NCBI GenBank assembly: GCA_024277855.1
Contig: JAJRUJ010000011.1
Span: 4,817-68,816, forward strand
Source: Candidatus Zixiibacteriota bacterium
GTDB taxonomy: Bacteria; Zixibacteria; MSB-5A5; WJJR01; JAJRUJ01
Direction: 5' to 3'
DNA length: 64,000 bases
Shown: piece after piece, positions 1 to 8,656 of the stretch
Layout of the letters: every line of letters starts with the position of its first letter
How positions within the stretch are numbered: the first letter of the stretch is position 1
Made by a program: the position numbers and the translations under genes
The notes under the pieces: model-generated
What the model was told of the DNA's origin: nothing
Databases searched by the model: none
Seen by the model: only the letters and a program-made list of their open reading frames with translations

Positions 1-430
1 TCCGGGCAGGGTCGGATCGTTTAAGCATATCGGCGAGTTGACGGGCATAGACCTGTTGCTCACCCACTCGCCAGCCGAATGTACAGGAATTGCCGAGGCA
101 GACAATCCGGTAAACGCCCGGAGTTTTCTCCCGGCTAAAATCCGGCCCACGCAGGCCATGATTATTGATGTGGTATTCGCCTTCGACAAAGAAATCCGAT
201 TTGATGATCTGATTTGGGCGAAATCGCCAAAAGAGGTCGTGGTCTTTCAGAAAATATTCCGGGTAATCCCATTCGGGATTGAGCACAAAAGTTGTATCGT
301 CGGCGCGGCCGGAGAACCCGACAAGCAGCAGGACGATTTCCAAAATAACGAAGAACAGGAGAATGGCGATAAACGCATAGATGATCTTCCTGCCGGCCGT
401 CATTCTCACTTTGTCCGTAACCCTTGCCAT
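1..430 (-). CDS. SGNH/GDSL-hydrolase-like membrane-anchored protein, runs off the window (3' partial)
   Basis: Not in the ORF track. Manual translation from ATG at 430: MARVTDKVRMTAGRKIIYAFIAILLFFVILEIVLLLVG...INNHGLRGPDFSREKTPGVYRIVCLGNSCTFGW. It has an N-terminal TM helix, the N-x-x-G-x-R motif and a block-I-like RIVCLGNS-x-TFG. Confidence 0.75.
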   Translation of the reverse strand, partial: MARVTDKVRMTAGRKIIYAFIAILLFFVILEIVLLLVGFSGRADDTTFVLNPEWDYPEYFLKDHDLFWRFRPNQIIKSDFFVEGEYHINNHGLRGPDFSREKTPGVYRIVCLGNSCTFGWRVGEQQVYARQLADMLKRSDPAR

Positions 431-657
431 CCGTGGTCGCCGTCCATTTTTTTCGTACCAATTTACACCATGCTCACCCGGAGCGCATCCCTTCGCTAAG
501 ATTGGCTTTTGGCTGGTCGAGGCCAAGCCTTTTTCCAGGTGATTGATAAATCAACCCGGCTATTCTGCCGGCAACCAAAGGGCGGGAATTTCCTTGGAAA
601 AACCGACTAACCCCTTAAATTGCTGATGGGTTCTGATACACGAAGCAGGGTATTGCC

Positions 658-860
658 ATGCCGCCATTTTCGAAGCGAACATCCGCTTTGGTTTGCCTGC
701 TTTTTGCAGCAATTCCCACCTATGCCCTTGCCGACACCCATTGGGCCAATCCGGCTGGGTCCAATACACCGCCTTATACCAGCTATGCGACCGGGGCGCA
801 CTACCTGCAAGATGCTGTAGCGGCTCTTTCTCCCGGAGATACAATTCGCATCGTCGAGGA
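658..860 (+). pseudogene. 5' remnant of a secreted (probably beta-helix/DUF1565-like) protein
   Basis: Signal peptide followed by ADTHWANPAGSNTPPYTSYATGAHYLQDAVAALSPGDTIRI, a typical N-cap of right-handed beta-helix proteins. After about nt 860 the frame runs through palindromic repeats and loses protein-like character (ORF stop at 1107). Confidence 0.55.
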
Positions 861-972
861 AATTAGTTTTACAGAAGTAGGAATCCGAAACCCGGGGTGG
901 TCTGCTATGGGGGGCTTTCCCGTGTTTCATTCTATATGCAGAGCAAATACCCGGGGGCAAGGCTTCGAGATG

Positions 973-1156
973 GTAAACCCACCCGACGTTCGTCCCGCTA
1001 AGGCGGGATTCACTCTGGATGGGCTACGAAATCTTGTTTTGGGGCGGATTAGCAGAATGATACGGTGCCCCACCCGCCGCGGCGGGCTGTGGGATAGTAG
1101 AAAATAACAAAATGGATTCCCGCTCCAGTGCGCCTCCGGCGCACGGCGGGAATGAC
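973..1156. repeat. Cluster of REP-like GC-rich palindromes
   Basis: TCCCGC-TAAG-GCGGGA (993-1008) lies inside GTAAACCCA...TGGGCTAC. CCCGCCGCGGCGGG is at 1073-1086. TGGATTCCCGC...GCGGGAATGAC (1113-1156) has a nested GTGCGCC-TCC-GGCGCAC hairpin. Confidence 0.65.
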
Positions 1157-1218
1157 GTACTGTCATTGACTACTTTAATCGGTTGCCGCTCGCGTCGGGA
1201 ATGATGACAGGAAGCGCC

Positions 1219-1404
1219 CTAAAACAGGGTATAAATAAATGGTGCGATGGCGGATGTCTCAGCCAAAACAATAAAAACAGCCAGGATAAACAGGATAAAC
1301 AGGATCGGCCCCAACCACCATTTCTTGCGATGACGCAGAAAATACCAGAGCTCAGCAAACAACGATAATTTGCCCGAAATACTCACACCGATTTCCCTTT
1401 TCAA
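1219..1404 (-). CDS. DUF5989-family small membrane protein (start uncertain)
   Basis: LWYFLRHRKKWWLGPILFILFILAVFIVLAETSAIAPFIYTLF matches the KKWWL-P...SA-APFIYTLF signature. The family is usually found near SGNH and carbamoyltransferase genes. Confidence 0.8.
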   Translation of the reverse strand: MKREIGVSISGKLSLFAELWYFLRHRKKWWLGPILFILFILAVFIVLAETSAIAPFIYTLF

Positions 1405-1496
1405 TCAGTATAGAAAATCCCCAGCCCCAGGGTAATAATTCCCTCCCGCCGGCGATGTCGTCGGATATTTCGCCGCAGTTTGGCCGCTTTCTCCCC

Positions 1497-1521
1497 AAAA
1501 AAATACCCGCTTAACGCGGGG
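1497..1521 (-). terminator. Probable intrinsic terminator after the TPR-sigma54 activator
   Basis: CCCGC/GCGGG stem followed on the minus strand by a T-run. Confidence 0.45.
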
Positions 1522-1543
1522 AATATATCTATTAGAATTATAG

Positions 1544-4486
1544 CTATCTTTTAACCCGCTCGAGTTTGTACTGACGCATTTTCAGCCGCAGAGTTGATTC
1601 AGGTATCCCCAGACGGAGGGCGGCGTGTTTTTTGACCCACTTGTTTTCGGCCAACGCACGCAGGAGATGTTTTTTCTCGATAGCCGCGAGGTGATCGTAA
1701 AGGGAGAACCGATCACCGTCGATTTTGACTTCGTCATTCTCAACGGGCTGGTCGGCTGTGAACCTGCGTGAGAGAAGGTCTGCACCAATCTCCCCCGAGG
1801 CCTTGCCCAGCAACACGAGTTTTTTGATTTCATTCTCCAGTTCACGAACGTTGCCGGGCCAGTCATATTCCACAAGGTGGCGGAAAGTTACCGGGGCCAG
1901 TTTGGGCGGCGGTTCGTTATCATCATTGTCTCGATTGATGAAATGATCGACGAGAAGGGGGATGTCTTCGCGGCGGTCACGCAATGGCGGAATTGTAAAG
2001 GCCAGCGCCGAGAGTCGATAATACAGGTCTTGTCGGAATAACTTACGTTCGGTGTCGGCCCGCAGATCGCGGTTGGTTGCTGAAATCACCCGGACATCGA
2101 GCTTGCGCGGTTTATTTTCACCCAGCCGGACAATTTCTTTTTCTTCGAGAAAACGGAGGAGTTTCGCCTGCAGGGTGAGGGGCATATCACCGATTTCATC
2201 AAGGAAAAACGTGCCGCCGTCGGCTTCCTCAAACAAGCCCTTCTTGTCGTGATCGGCGCCGGTGAAAGCGCCTTTCTTATAGCCGAACAGCTCGCTTTCC
2301 AGCAGGGATTCCGGCAATGCGGCGCAGTTGACCGAGACAAAGCGTTCTTCACGCCGATTGGAATTATAATGAATGGCCTTGGCCAGGAGGTCTTTGCCGG
2401 TGCCGGTTTCGCCTTGAATCAGGATTGTGACGTTCGAATCCATGACCAGGCGGACACGCGAAAGCATTTGGATCATTTTTTCGCTGGCCGTGATGACACT
2501 GGGGAATCCGACTTTCTCGTTTAACTGGTTTTTTAGCCGGATGTTATCCTCGAGCAGTCCGGAGCGCTGCCGTTCGGCAAATTTAAGTGCCAGTATTTCG
2601 GCAAAGGCCACGGCGAAATCGACGTCCGAGGCGTCGAATGACGGCGGACGCGAACCATTGATGCGGCGATCCATATAGAGAATCGCAATTCCCTCGTGGC
2701 CAAGGTTAACCGGGATCGTCAGGACAGACAGCGTAATCGGATCGCCGTTGCGGTTGATAAATTCATGGATGTTCGGTTGATCGGCGAGATGGGATATTAC
2801 GCGGGGACGGTCGAGAGGAAAGACATCGAACGGTCCCCCGCCGGCCAGCCGCAATAGGCGACGTCGACGACCATCGGACAGGTTATGGGCAAAAAGGCAG
2901 TCTGCTTCGTCGGTTTCCGGGTGGGGGAGGATCAACGCCGCACCGTCCGCCCGCAAACGGCTGACCAGCAACCGGACAGTATCCTCAAAATTGCCGCCGC
3001 GAATGCCCCGTACTTCTCCCTCTGAGAGCACCGTATTGAAGATCCGATATTCATTTTGCTCGCCGAGTGCATGATCGGTCAGCAGGCCTTCCCAAAGTTG
3101 CCGCAATTTGGTCAATCGAGTGTCAATCAACCACTTCAGTTGTCCACCTGCTTCGGTTCGTTCGGTCAACTCGCCGATAATGCGGCCGGCGATATTCAAA
3201 TTATTCTCGGCAAGTTCGAGCGCGGCGCTAAGGACCAGAGGAAGATCACCGAGATATTCGGCGTCGAGGGTCGCAAATAGCGTCTCACATTCGGTCAAGG
3301 CCGACCGAGCTTGCAGCCGGTCGGCTGATTCAGAAGAACCGATTAAGAATTCACACTGGTAATATGTGGTCCAGGCCAGCTCGAAGGTATCGCCGACGCG
3401 CCGCAGGATGGCCAGTGCCTCGTCGAAATGCCTGCGGGCTTTGTCGACATTACGCCGTGCGGCGTAGAACCGAGCCAGCACCCGATGAGCGGCGCCGATT
3501 TCAGTTTTTTCGCCTAATTCCAAAGCGATGTCCAGAGCTTCGCGTGCTGTTTTTTCGGCGGCGGTGATCTCGCCCTGCTCAAAATAGGCCTCGGCCAGTC
3601 CCCGTAGCGACTGCGATACGAGATCGCCCTTTTCGGCTACCTCTCGCCCGATGGTTAATGCCTGTTCGAACTCGGCAACGGCAAGGTCGAAATCGCCAAG
3701 CAGGAGGGCCATCATCCCGCGATATTCGTGAAGAATCGAGTTTTCGCGCGTATATCCATTTTTTTCGATCAATGTTTCAGCATCGTCCAGGGATGCCACG
3801 GCCGTGGAGAATTTGCCTCGGCGAAGATTCAGCAGGCCGAGCGAGAGCCGGTTACGGGCAACGGACAGTTCGTTGCCGCGCCGAGACTGCGTGCGAATCG
3901 CAATTTTGATGCTCTCCGCCGCCTCAGCCCAGTTTGCCCGCAGCAGATGGATGCGTCCGAGGTTGCCAACCAATTTAGCGCGGAAATCGACATCGCCTTT
4001 GCTCTCGCAGTGGGAAATTGCCTCGGTGAGATGATCGATCGCCAGATCGAATTCTCCACGGATAAACTCGATGCGGGCCAGTTCGTTGTAGGAGCGGATG
4101 ATCCCATCGACGGCACCGATGCGGAAAAATGACGCAAGCGCATTGCGTATCTGGATGCGCGCATTTTTTAAATCGCCTTTGCCGGCATAGGCCTTGCCCA
4201 ATACCGTTAAGACTTCCGCCAATTGCTGGTGGTCGGTGGAATCGTTGAAATAAGTGAACGCCTCTTTTGCCGCATCGAGGGCATCGGTATAGCGGGCGAG
4301 GCCAAAACAGGCGGTTGCCCGATGAAAGGCGAGTTCAGCAGACCGGGCGGGCGCACCAACACTCTCGGCAGTCAGGGAGTCAATCTCCCGTAAGGCGGCC
4401 CGATAGGCGCATTCCGCCATGAGATTCCTAACCGTAACAAGTGCGGAATCAGCTTGCGCCGAATTGTGACGAGAGGTGGATTTCAT
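1544..4486 (-). CDS. sigma54-dependent enhancer-binding protein with N-terminal TPR array, GAF-like domain, AAA+ and Fis-type HTH (no receiver domain)
   Basis: About 440 aa of helical TPR-like repeats. Walker A GETGTGKD, ESELFGYKKGAFTGA, Walker B FLDEIGD, RQDLYYRL, WPGNVRELEN and a C-terminal HTH (AALRLGIPESTLRLKM). Confidence 0.93.
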   Translation of the reverse strand: MKSTSRHNSAQADSALVTVRNLMAECAYRAALREIDSLTAESVGAPARSAELAFHRATACFGLARYTDALDAAKEAFTYFNDSTDHQQLAEVLTVLGKAYAGKGDLKNARIQIRNALASFFRIGAVDGIIRSYNELARIEFIRGEFDLAIDHLTEAISHCESKGDVDFRAKLVGNLGRIHLLRANWAEAAESIKIAIRTQSRRGNELSVARNRLSLGLLNLRRGKFSTAVASLDDAETLIEKNGYTRENSILHEYRGMMALLLGDFDLAVAEFEQALTIGREVAEKGDLVSQSLRGLAEAYFEQGEITAAEKTAREALDIALELGEKTEIGAAHRVLARFYAARRNVDKARRHFDEALAILRRVGDTFELAWTTYYQCEFLIGSSESADRLQARSALTECETLFATLDAEYLGDLPLVLSAALELAENNLNIAGRIIGELTERTEAGGQLKWLIDTRLTKLRQLWEGLLTDHALGEQNEYRIFNTVLSEGEVRGIRGGNFEDTVRLLVSRLRADGAALILPHPETDEADCLFAHNLSDGRRRRLLRLAGGGPFDVFPLDRPRVISHLADQPNIHEFINRNGDPITLSVLTIPVNLGHEGIAILYMDRRINGSRPPSFDASDVDFAVAFAEILALKFAERQRSGLLEDNIRLKNQLNEKVGFPSVITASEKMIQMLSRVRLVMDSNVTILIQGETGTGKDLLAKAIHYNSNRREERFVSVNCAALPESLLESELFGYKKGAFTGADHDKKGLFEEADGGTFFLDEIGDMPLTLQAKLLRFLEEKEIVRLGENKPRKLDVRVISATNRDLRADTERKLFRQDLYYRLSALAFTIPPLRDRREDIPLLVDHFINRDNDDNEPPPKLAPVTFRHLVEYDWPGNVRELENEIKKLVLLGKASGEIGADLLSRRFTADQPVENDEVKIDGDRFSLYDHLAAIEKKHLLRALAENKWVKKHAALRLGIPESTLRLKMRQYKLERVKR

Positions 4487-4540
4487 AATCTCGTTTGGAT
4501 TACATTTTGGGTTTCCCGGCCTGCGCTAAATCCATTTTGC

Positions 4541-4825
4541 TTATTTGAGCACCTCGAGTAATTTCCAGATGATCAGGAATTTTTCAAATGCTTTCCTGGG
4601 CTCGCTAAACGGTGAGCCGTCGTCGTTCCGGGTCAGGTCTACAACAATCGTTGTGTCGCCCGGTTGATCTCCCGGCGCGGTTTCGTCATCGCCTTGCCCA
4701 TCGTCCCAGGGGTGACCATCTGAAGTCGTGCCGACTGGCAGAGGGTTCTCTGCAGCGCTCATAAGAGGTATAAGCAAAATCACCACACACAGGCCGATGG
4801 CAGTGAGAAATTTCAATTTCTCCAT
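4541..4825 (-). CDS. Small exported protein or peptide precursor (94 aa)
   Basis: Strong RBS (AGGGAGGTGG) before the ATG. Sec-type signal peptide MEKLKFLTAIGLCVVILLIPLMSAA, acidic low-complexity core containing SDGHPWDDG, amphipathic C-terminal helix. Ends 54 nt before the activator start. Confidence 0.75.
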   Translation of the reverse strand: MEKLKFLTAIGLCVVILLIPLMSAAENPLPVGTTSDGHPWDDGQGDDETAPGDQPGDTTIVVDLTRNDDGSPFSEPRKAFEKFLIIWKLLEVLK

Positions 4826-4951
4826 CGGACCACCTCCCTAAAAAAAAGTTGCCCCACCCGCCCCGGGCGGGGTTTGGATTACTTAATTACTTTATCCCGT
4901 TGTCAAAAAACGAATTTTAACTCATGATGTCAAGCGATTCGAGGGGATAAA

Positions 4952-4978
4952 TGCAAAAAATGCGTCGCAGAATCTGCG
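4952..4978. promoter_or_regulatory. Candidate tandem upstream activator sites (YGCA-N5-TGCG twice)
   Basis: TGCA-AAAAA-TGCG-T-CGCA-GAATC-TGCG: two adjacent inverted repeats about 290 bp upstream of the sigma54 promoter. Confidence 0.4.
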
Positions 4979-5264
4979 CATATTGTCGTATCTGATTATT
5001 ACCGTTGCGGTTAGTAGTCTAAAGACTGTGGACGGCAATTCCCAAATACCATCTTAAGATTGACCGGGATCGTATCGGCGATGGTAAGTAAACCTTTGGT
5101 CGCAGGCCTCTCTGATATGGGGTATCTCCCATAATTCAATGCCTTATCGTTGCTGAATTACGCCCCGGCAAATCCGTGCACAACTGCTGTCATATTAGCT
5201 AAGACCAATTAAAATAATGGGTTGCAACTTTAACACCCCGGCAAGAGCACCCTAATGGCTGTCC

Positions 5265-5280
5265 CGGCATGGTAGTTGCC
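5265..5280 (+). promoter_or_regulatory. sigma54 (-24/-12) promoter
   Basis: CGGCATGGTAGTTGCC against consensus TGGCACG-N4-TTGCW, with exact GG-N10-GC spacing, about 58 nt before the ATG at 5338. Confidence 0.7.
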
Positions 5281-5337
5281 AAATCCAGGGTGTAGCAATG
5301 GGGTTTTTGGCTTTGCGCTTTAACGGTGGGGTAGCAA

Positions 5338-7347
5338 ATGGCACTTTTTCGATTTCAATCATCTTCTCATCCGACTATTTCGGGAATTGTCCGCTATGGC
5401 ATTCCCGGCCGGATCGGGGTCAGCTGTCTGGTCATTGTCTTATTGGCGGGATGTTCGTTGGAATCGCCGAAGGGGCCTACCTGGACAGTCGACCTGACTA
5501 TCCCGATTGCAGACAGGCACTACGACCTTCCATACATAATAGAACATGCCAATCAGCCGGAGTTGATCTGGGATTCAGTCTCCGGAGCACGGTTCGAAAT
5601 TCAGCGGACTCTCGACACTATATATATTGGTGAAAACATCACCTTCTCCGACCTCCAGCAGACAATCGGCGACTCCCTGGGGTCGGTGAAAATCCTCCCC
5701 GATCAGGCGTTGGAGAGCAGCATTGCATTAGAGGATATCTACGGCGGCCCGGTCGGCGCCATCCCGGCATTTGATACGCAAACCCAGCGAGATTTCGACC
5801 AATTGACCGACATTCAGCAGGCCGAGATCGCCGAGGGGCAACTGGCTATCGAAGTTGCCAACAATCTGGGTTTGGCACTCGATAGTGTCGAGGTTGCCAT
5901 CATTGATATTGAATCGGCCGCTGAAATCGGCCGAGCTATTTTTGCCGGGGGGATTCCGGCCGGTCAGCAGGGCCAGGCCGCCGTTGATTTGGCCGGCCAA
6001 ACTATTCACGATCGGTTGCGCTGTGATGTCATGCTCAGTTCGCCAGGCGGATATCTGGAATCGACTGCCGGCCGGAGTGTCGATATCGCCGTCTCTTTTG
6101 CCGATTCGCTTCAGGTTACCAGCACGGTGGCCCGGCTTGGCGCGATTGAAAGACTTGTCGCCGATACAGTCACGCTTTCCAATGAATTCGCGGCCACCTC
6201 CGCGAAATTCCAACGGGGCTTTCTCAACTTGCAGGTGATCAATGGGGTCGAGTTGGGGTTCGACTATCAACTGCGGTTTCCCGATCTTCGGGATGAGGGT
6301 GGACCGGTGAATTTAACCGGTTACCTCGACGCGGAGTCTTTCGATTATCTGTCGGTCGACCTTCAGGGCATCGAATACGACAATAATTTCTCGGTCGGCA
6401 CTCCGTTGCGGGTCGAGGCCATTTTGCAGACTTCCGGTTCCGCCGGCTTGGTTTCGATTTCGGCCGCAGACCGTTTTACAGTGCAGGTCGATATCGACTC
6501 ACCGGTCATTGAATCGATTACCGGTGTCCTGCCGCCGACTGTCCAGGCAGTAACTAATTTACAAACCGAAGTGAACCTCCCGGACGGATTTGAGAACGTC
6601 GGTTTGGCCGGCGGTGAGATGCAACTGACCATCGTCAGTTCATTGCCTTTCCCCGGCGAGTTTTCTTTGGATTTAGCCGGTGACCAGTTACAAGCGTTGT
6701 CGGTCAGTGGCGAGATTATCCCGGCCACGGAAGTTCCGGTTTCCAGTTATATCAACGTTGCCGACGCCACGTCACTATTGTCTCCAGTGCCGCGAATGAT
6801 TACCGCATCGGGGACGATTATTTACGGCGACGGTGTGACCTCGGGTACCGTGTATTCCACAGATTATCTGGTGCCGTCGTTTACATTGGTCGCCCCGCTT
6901 TCGGTCTACCTCGATGAAGTTGATTACCATGGAGAGACCGAAGGCATTGAACTGCCCGGCGAATCGGACGATCTGGCCGGGCGATTCGGTGCCGCGTCTA
7001 TCCAAGTGGAATTTGAAAATCGTCTGCCTTTTGGTGTGACGATTGAATTGCGGCTGGCGTCGAGCCGGGCAATGTTGCCGGACAATGCAGAATTGGTTCT
7101 GGGGCCGACCGTGATCTCTCCGGCGGCAGTGGATGACGACGGACGGACAACGGCGGCGGCTCATTCGAGCGACGTGTTTACCATCGCCGCGGAGATGGCT
7201 CATCTTTTCGAAGGCGACTCACTGTTCGTCACCGAACAAATCGGGTTCTTCTCGGCCAACGGCTCGGTGGTCACATTGCGCGACTCAGACTACATCGATT
7301 GGCGCGCGCTGTTGACGGTGGAAACCAAACTCGGAGACCGGAACTGA
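5338..7347 (+). CDS. Large beta-rich lipoprotein of unknown function
   Basis: Lipobox LLAG-C followed by SLESPKGPTWTVDLTIPI. Acidic and beta-strand rich, 669 aa. Exact start uncertain. Confidence 0.8.
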   Translation: MALFRFQSSSHPTISGIVRYGIPGRIGVSCLVIVLLAGCSLESPKGPTWTVDLTIPIADRHYDLPYIIEHANQPELIWDSVSGARFEIQRTLDTIYIGENITFSDLQQTIGDSLGSVKILPDQALESSIALEDIYGGPVGAIPAFDTQTQRDFDQLTDIQQAEIAEGQLAIEVANNLGLALDSVEVAIIDIESAAEIGRAIFAGGIPAGQQGQAAVDLAGQTIHDRLRCDVMLSSPGGYLESTAGRSVDIAVSFADSLQVTSTVARLGAIERLVADTVTLSNEFAATSAKFQRGFLNLQVINGVELGFDYQLRFPDLRDEGGPVNLTGYLDAESFDYLSVDLQGIEYDNNFSVGTPLRVEAILQTSGSAGLVSISAADRFTVQVDIDSPVIESITGVLPPTVQAVTNLQTEVNLPDGFENVGLAGGEMQLTIVSSLPFPGEFSLDLAGDQLQALSVSGEIIPATEVPVSSYINVADATSLLSPVPRMITASGTIIYGDGVTSGTVYSTDYLVPSFTLVAPLSVYLDEVDYHGETEGIELPGESDDLAGRFGAASIQVEFENRLPFGVTIELRLASSRAMLPDNAELVLGPTVISPAAVDDDGRTTAAAHSSDVFTIAAEMAHLFEGDSLFVTEQIGFFSANGSVVTLRDSDYIDWRALLTVETKLGDRN

Positions 7348-7368
7348 TCGGGTGAGAGGGAGCGGAAT

Positions 7369-8634
7369 ATGTTAAATACCAAATATCATCTTCGGATACC
7401 CCTCGCGTCGATTTTCGGATCGATCTTCCTGTTGATCGGGGCACTTCCCGCAGGGGCGGCGCCGGTCACCCCCCGGGCGGTCGGCATGGCCAACAATGCT
7501 TTTTCCCTCGCGACGGGGATGGAAGCGCTCACGGAAAATCCGGCCGCGCTGGCATTGCCTAAGTCGAATTCCTGGGAATTACGCATCCTGGATGCCACCT
7601 CGGGATTTGGTTCAAATGCCCTGGGATTCAGTGACTACCGCCTGTACAACGGCGCTGAGTTAAGCGAACAGGATAAAGCAGATATTCTGGCGAAGATCCC
7701 GGGCGAGGGTTGGGAACTTGGCGGTTATGCCGAAGCCTCGGCCGCTGCCTTGCGGGTCGGATCGTTCGGCGCCCGGGTTTCCGGCTTTGGCGCTGCGCGG
7801 GGCAATATCGATCGTGAGATGCTGGAAATCCTCTTCTGGGGGAATGAACTGGATCGCACGTATACTTCGGAGTTGAACTCCGGCGAGGTTCTTGCCGCCG
7901 TCCAGTTCGCAATTTCCTACGGAACCTATCTGACTAATTGGCGCGGTCATCAGGTTTCCGGCGGACTGACCTTCCGTTACCTCCGGGGATTGTATTATGC
8001 CGAACTGGAACAGGCCGAGGGTTCATTGGTGGCCGGCTATGCGGGAGTAACCGGATCGGGTTACGCTACGGCAACCACGGCTGAAGGTGGTTCGGGACTG
8101 GCGATTGACTGGGGCACTACTGTCGAACTCGGACCGCGATATACTCTCTCGATGACTCTGGAAAACGTCCCGGGGTTTATTCGTTGGTCGAACAAGGCGC
8201 AAACAAAAGACTATTCTCTTATCTTCGACGGGATAACCGCCGACAATTTTGAAGATTCTCTCTGGGTGGAAGAAGAAAGCTCGACTTCAATTCCATCATT
8301 TACCCGCACTATCCCGGCTAATTTTCGCCTGGGGCTGGGTAAGACCGGCACGGCCTGGAAAACTGCCGCCACATTTTCGGTCGGTTTTGAAAACCGACTG
8401 GCAAGTTCGACCAGGCCGGAAGCGGGAATCGGCGTTGAATATTCAGCAATCTCATTTTTGCCGCTGCGGGCAGGATTCACTGTAGGCGGCCTCTATGGAT
8501 ATACCGTTGGGTTTGGCGGAGCGCTTCACCTCGGGGTTTGGCATCTTGAAGCCGCCACATTAGCCAACGGCGGATTCTGGCCAACCAGGGCACGCGGTCT
8601 TACCGCGTCATTCGCTTGCGGTTTTCATTTCTAA
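7369..8634 (+). CDS. Outer-membrane beta-barrel protein (DUF5723/FadL/PorV-like)
   Basis: Signal peptide, PRAVGM...ENPAALA N-terminal plug motif, alternating strands, LPLRAG motif, C-terminal GFHF. Confidence 0.75.
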   Translation: MLNTKYHLRIPLASIFGSIFLLIGALPAGAAPVTPRAVGMANNAFSLATGMEALTENPAALALPKSNSWELRILDATSGFGSNALGFSDYRLYNGAELSEQDKADILAKIPGEGWELGGYAEASAAALRVGSFGARVSGFGAARGNIDREMLEILFWGNELDRTYTSELNSGEVLAAVQFAISYGTYLTNWRGHQVSGGLTFRYLRGLYYAELEQAEGSLVAGYAGVTGSGYATATTAEGGSGLAIDWGTTVELGPRYTLSMTLENVPGFIRWSNKAQTKDYSLIFDGITADNFEDSLWVEEESSTSIPSFTRTIPANFRLGLGKTGTAWKTAATFSVGFENRLASSTRPEAGIGVEYSAISFLPLRAGFTVGGLYGYTVGFGGALHLGVWHLEAATLANGGFWPTRARGLTASFACGFHF

Positions 8635-8656
8635 TCTGCGGGAAGAAAGGTTTATC

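Noticed and set aside
38-499. 153-aa plus-strand ORF
   Set aside because: Shadow of the minus-strand SGNH-like gene, which has recognisable motifs.
5223-5238. Minus-strand GG-N10-GC (GGGTGTTAAAGTTGCA) as a sigma54 promoter for the peptide gene
   Set aside because: Poor -24 element and about 400 nt from the start codon, so it may be chance.
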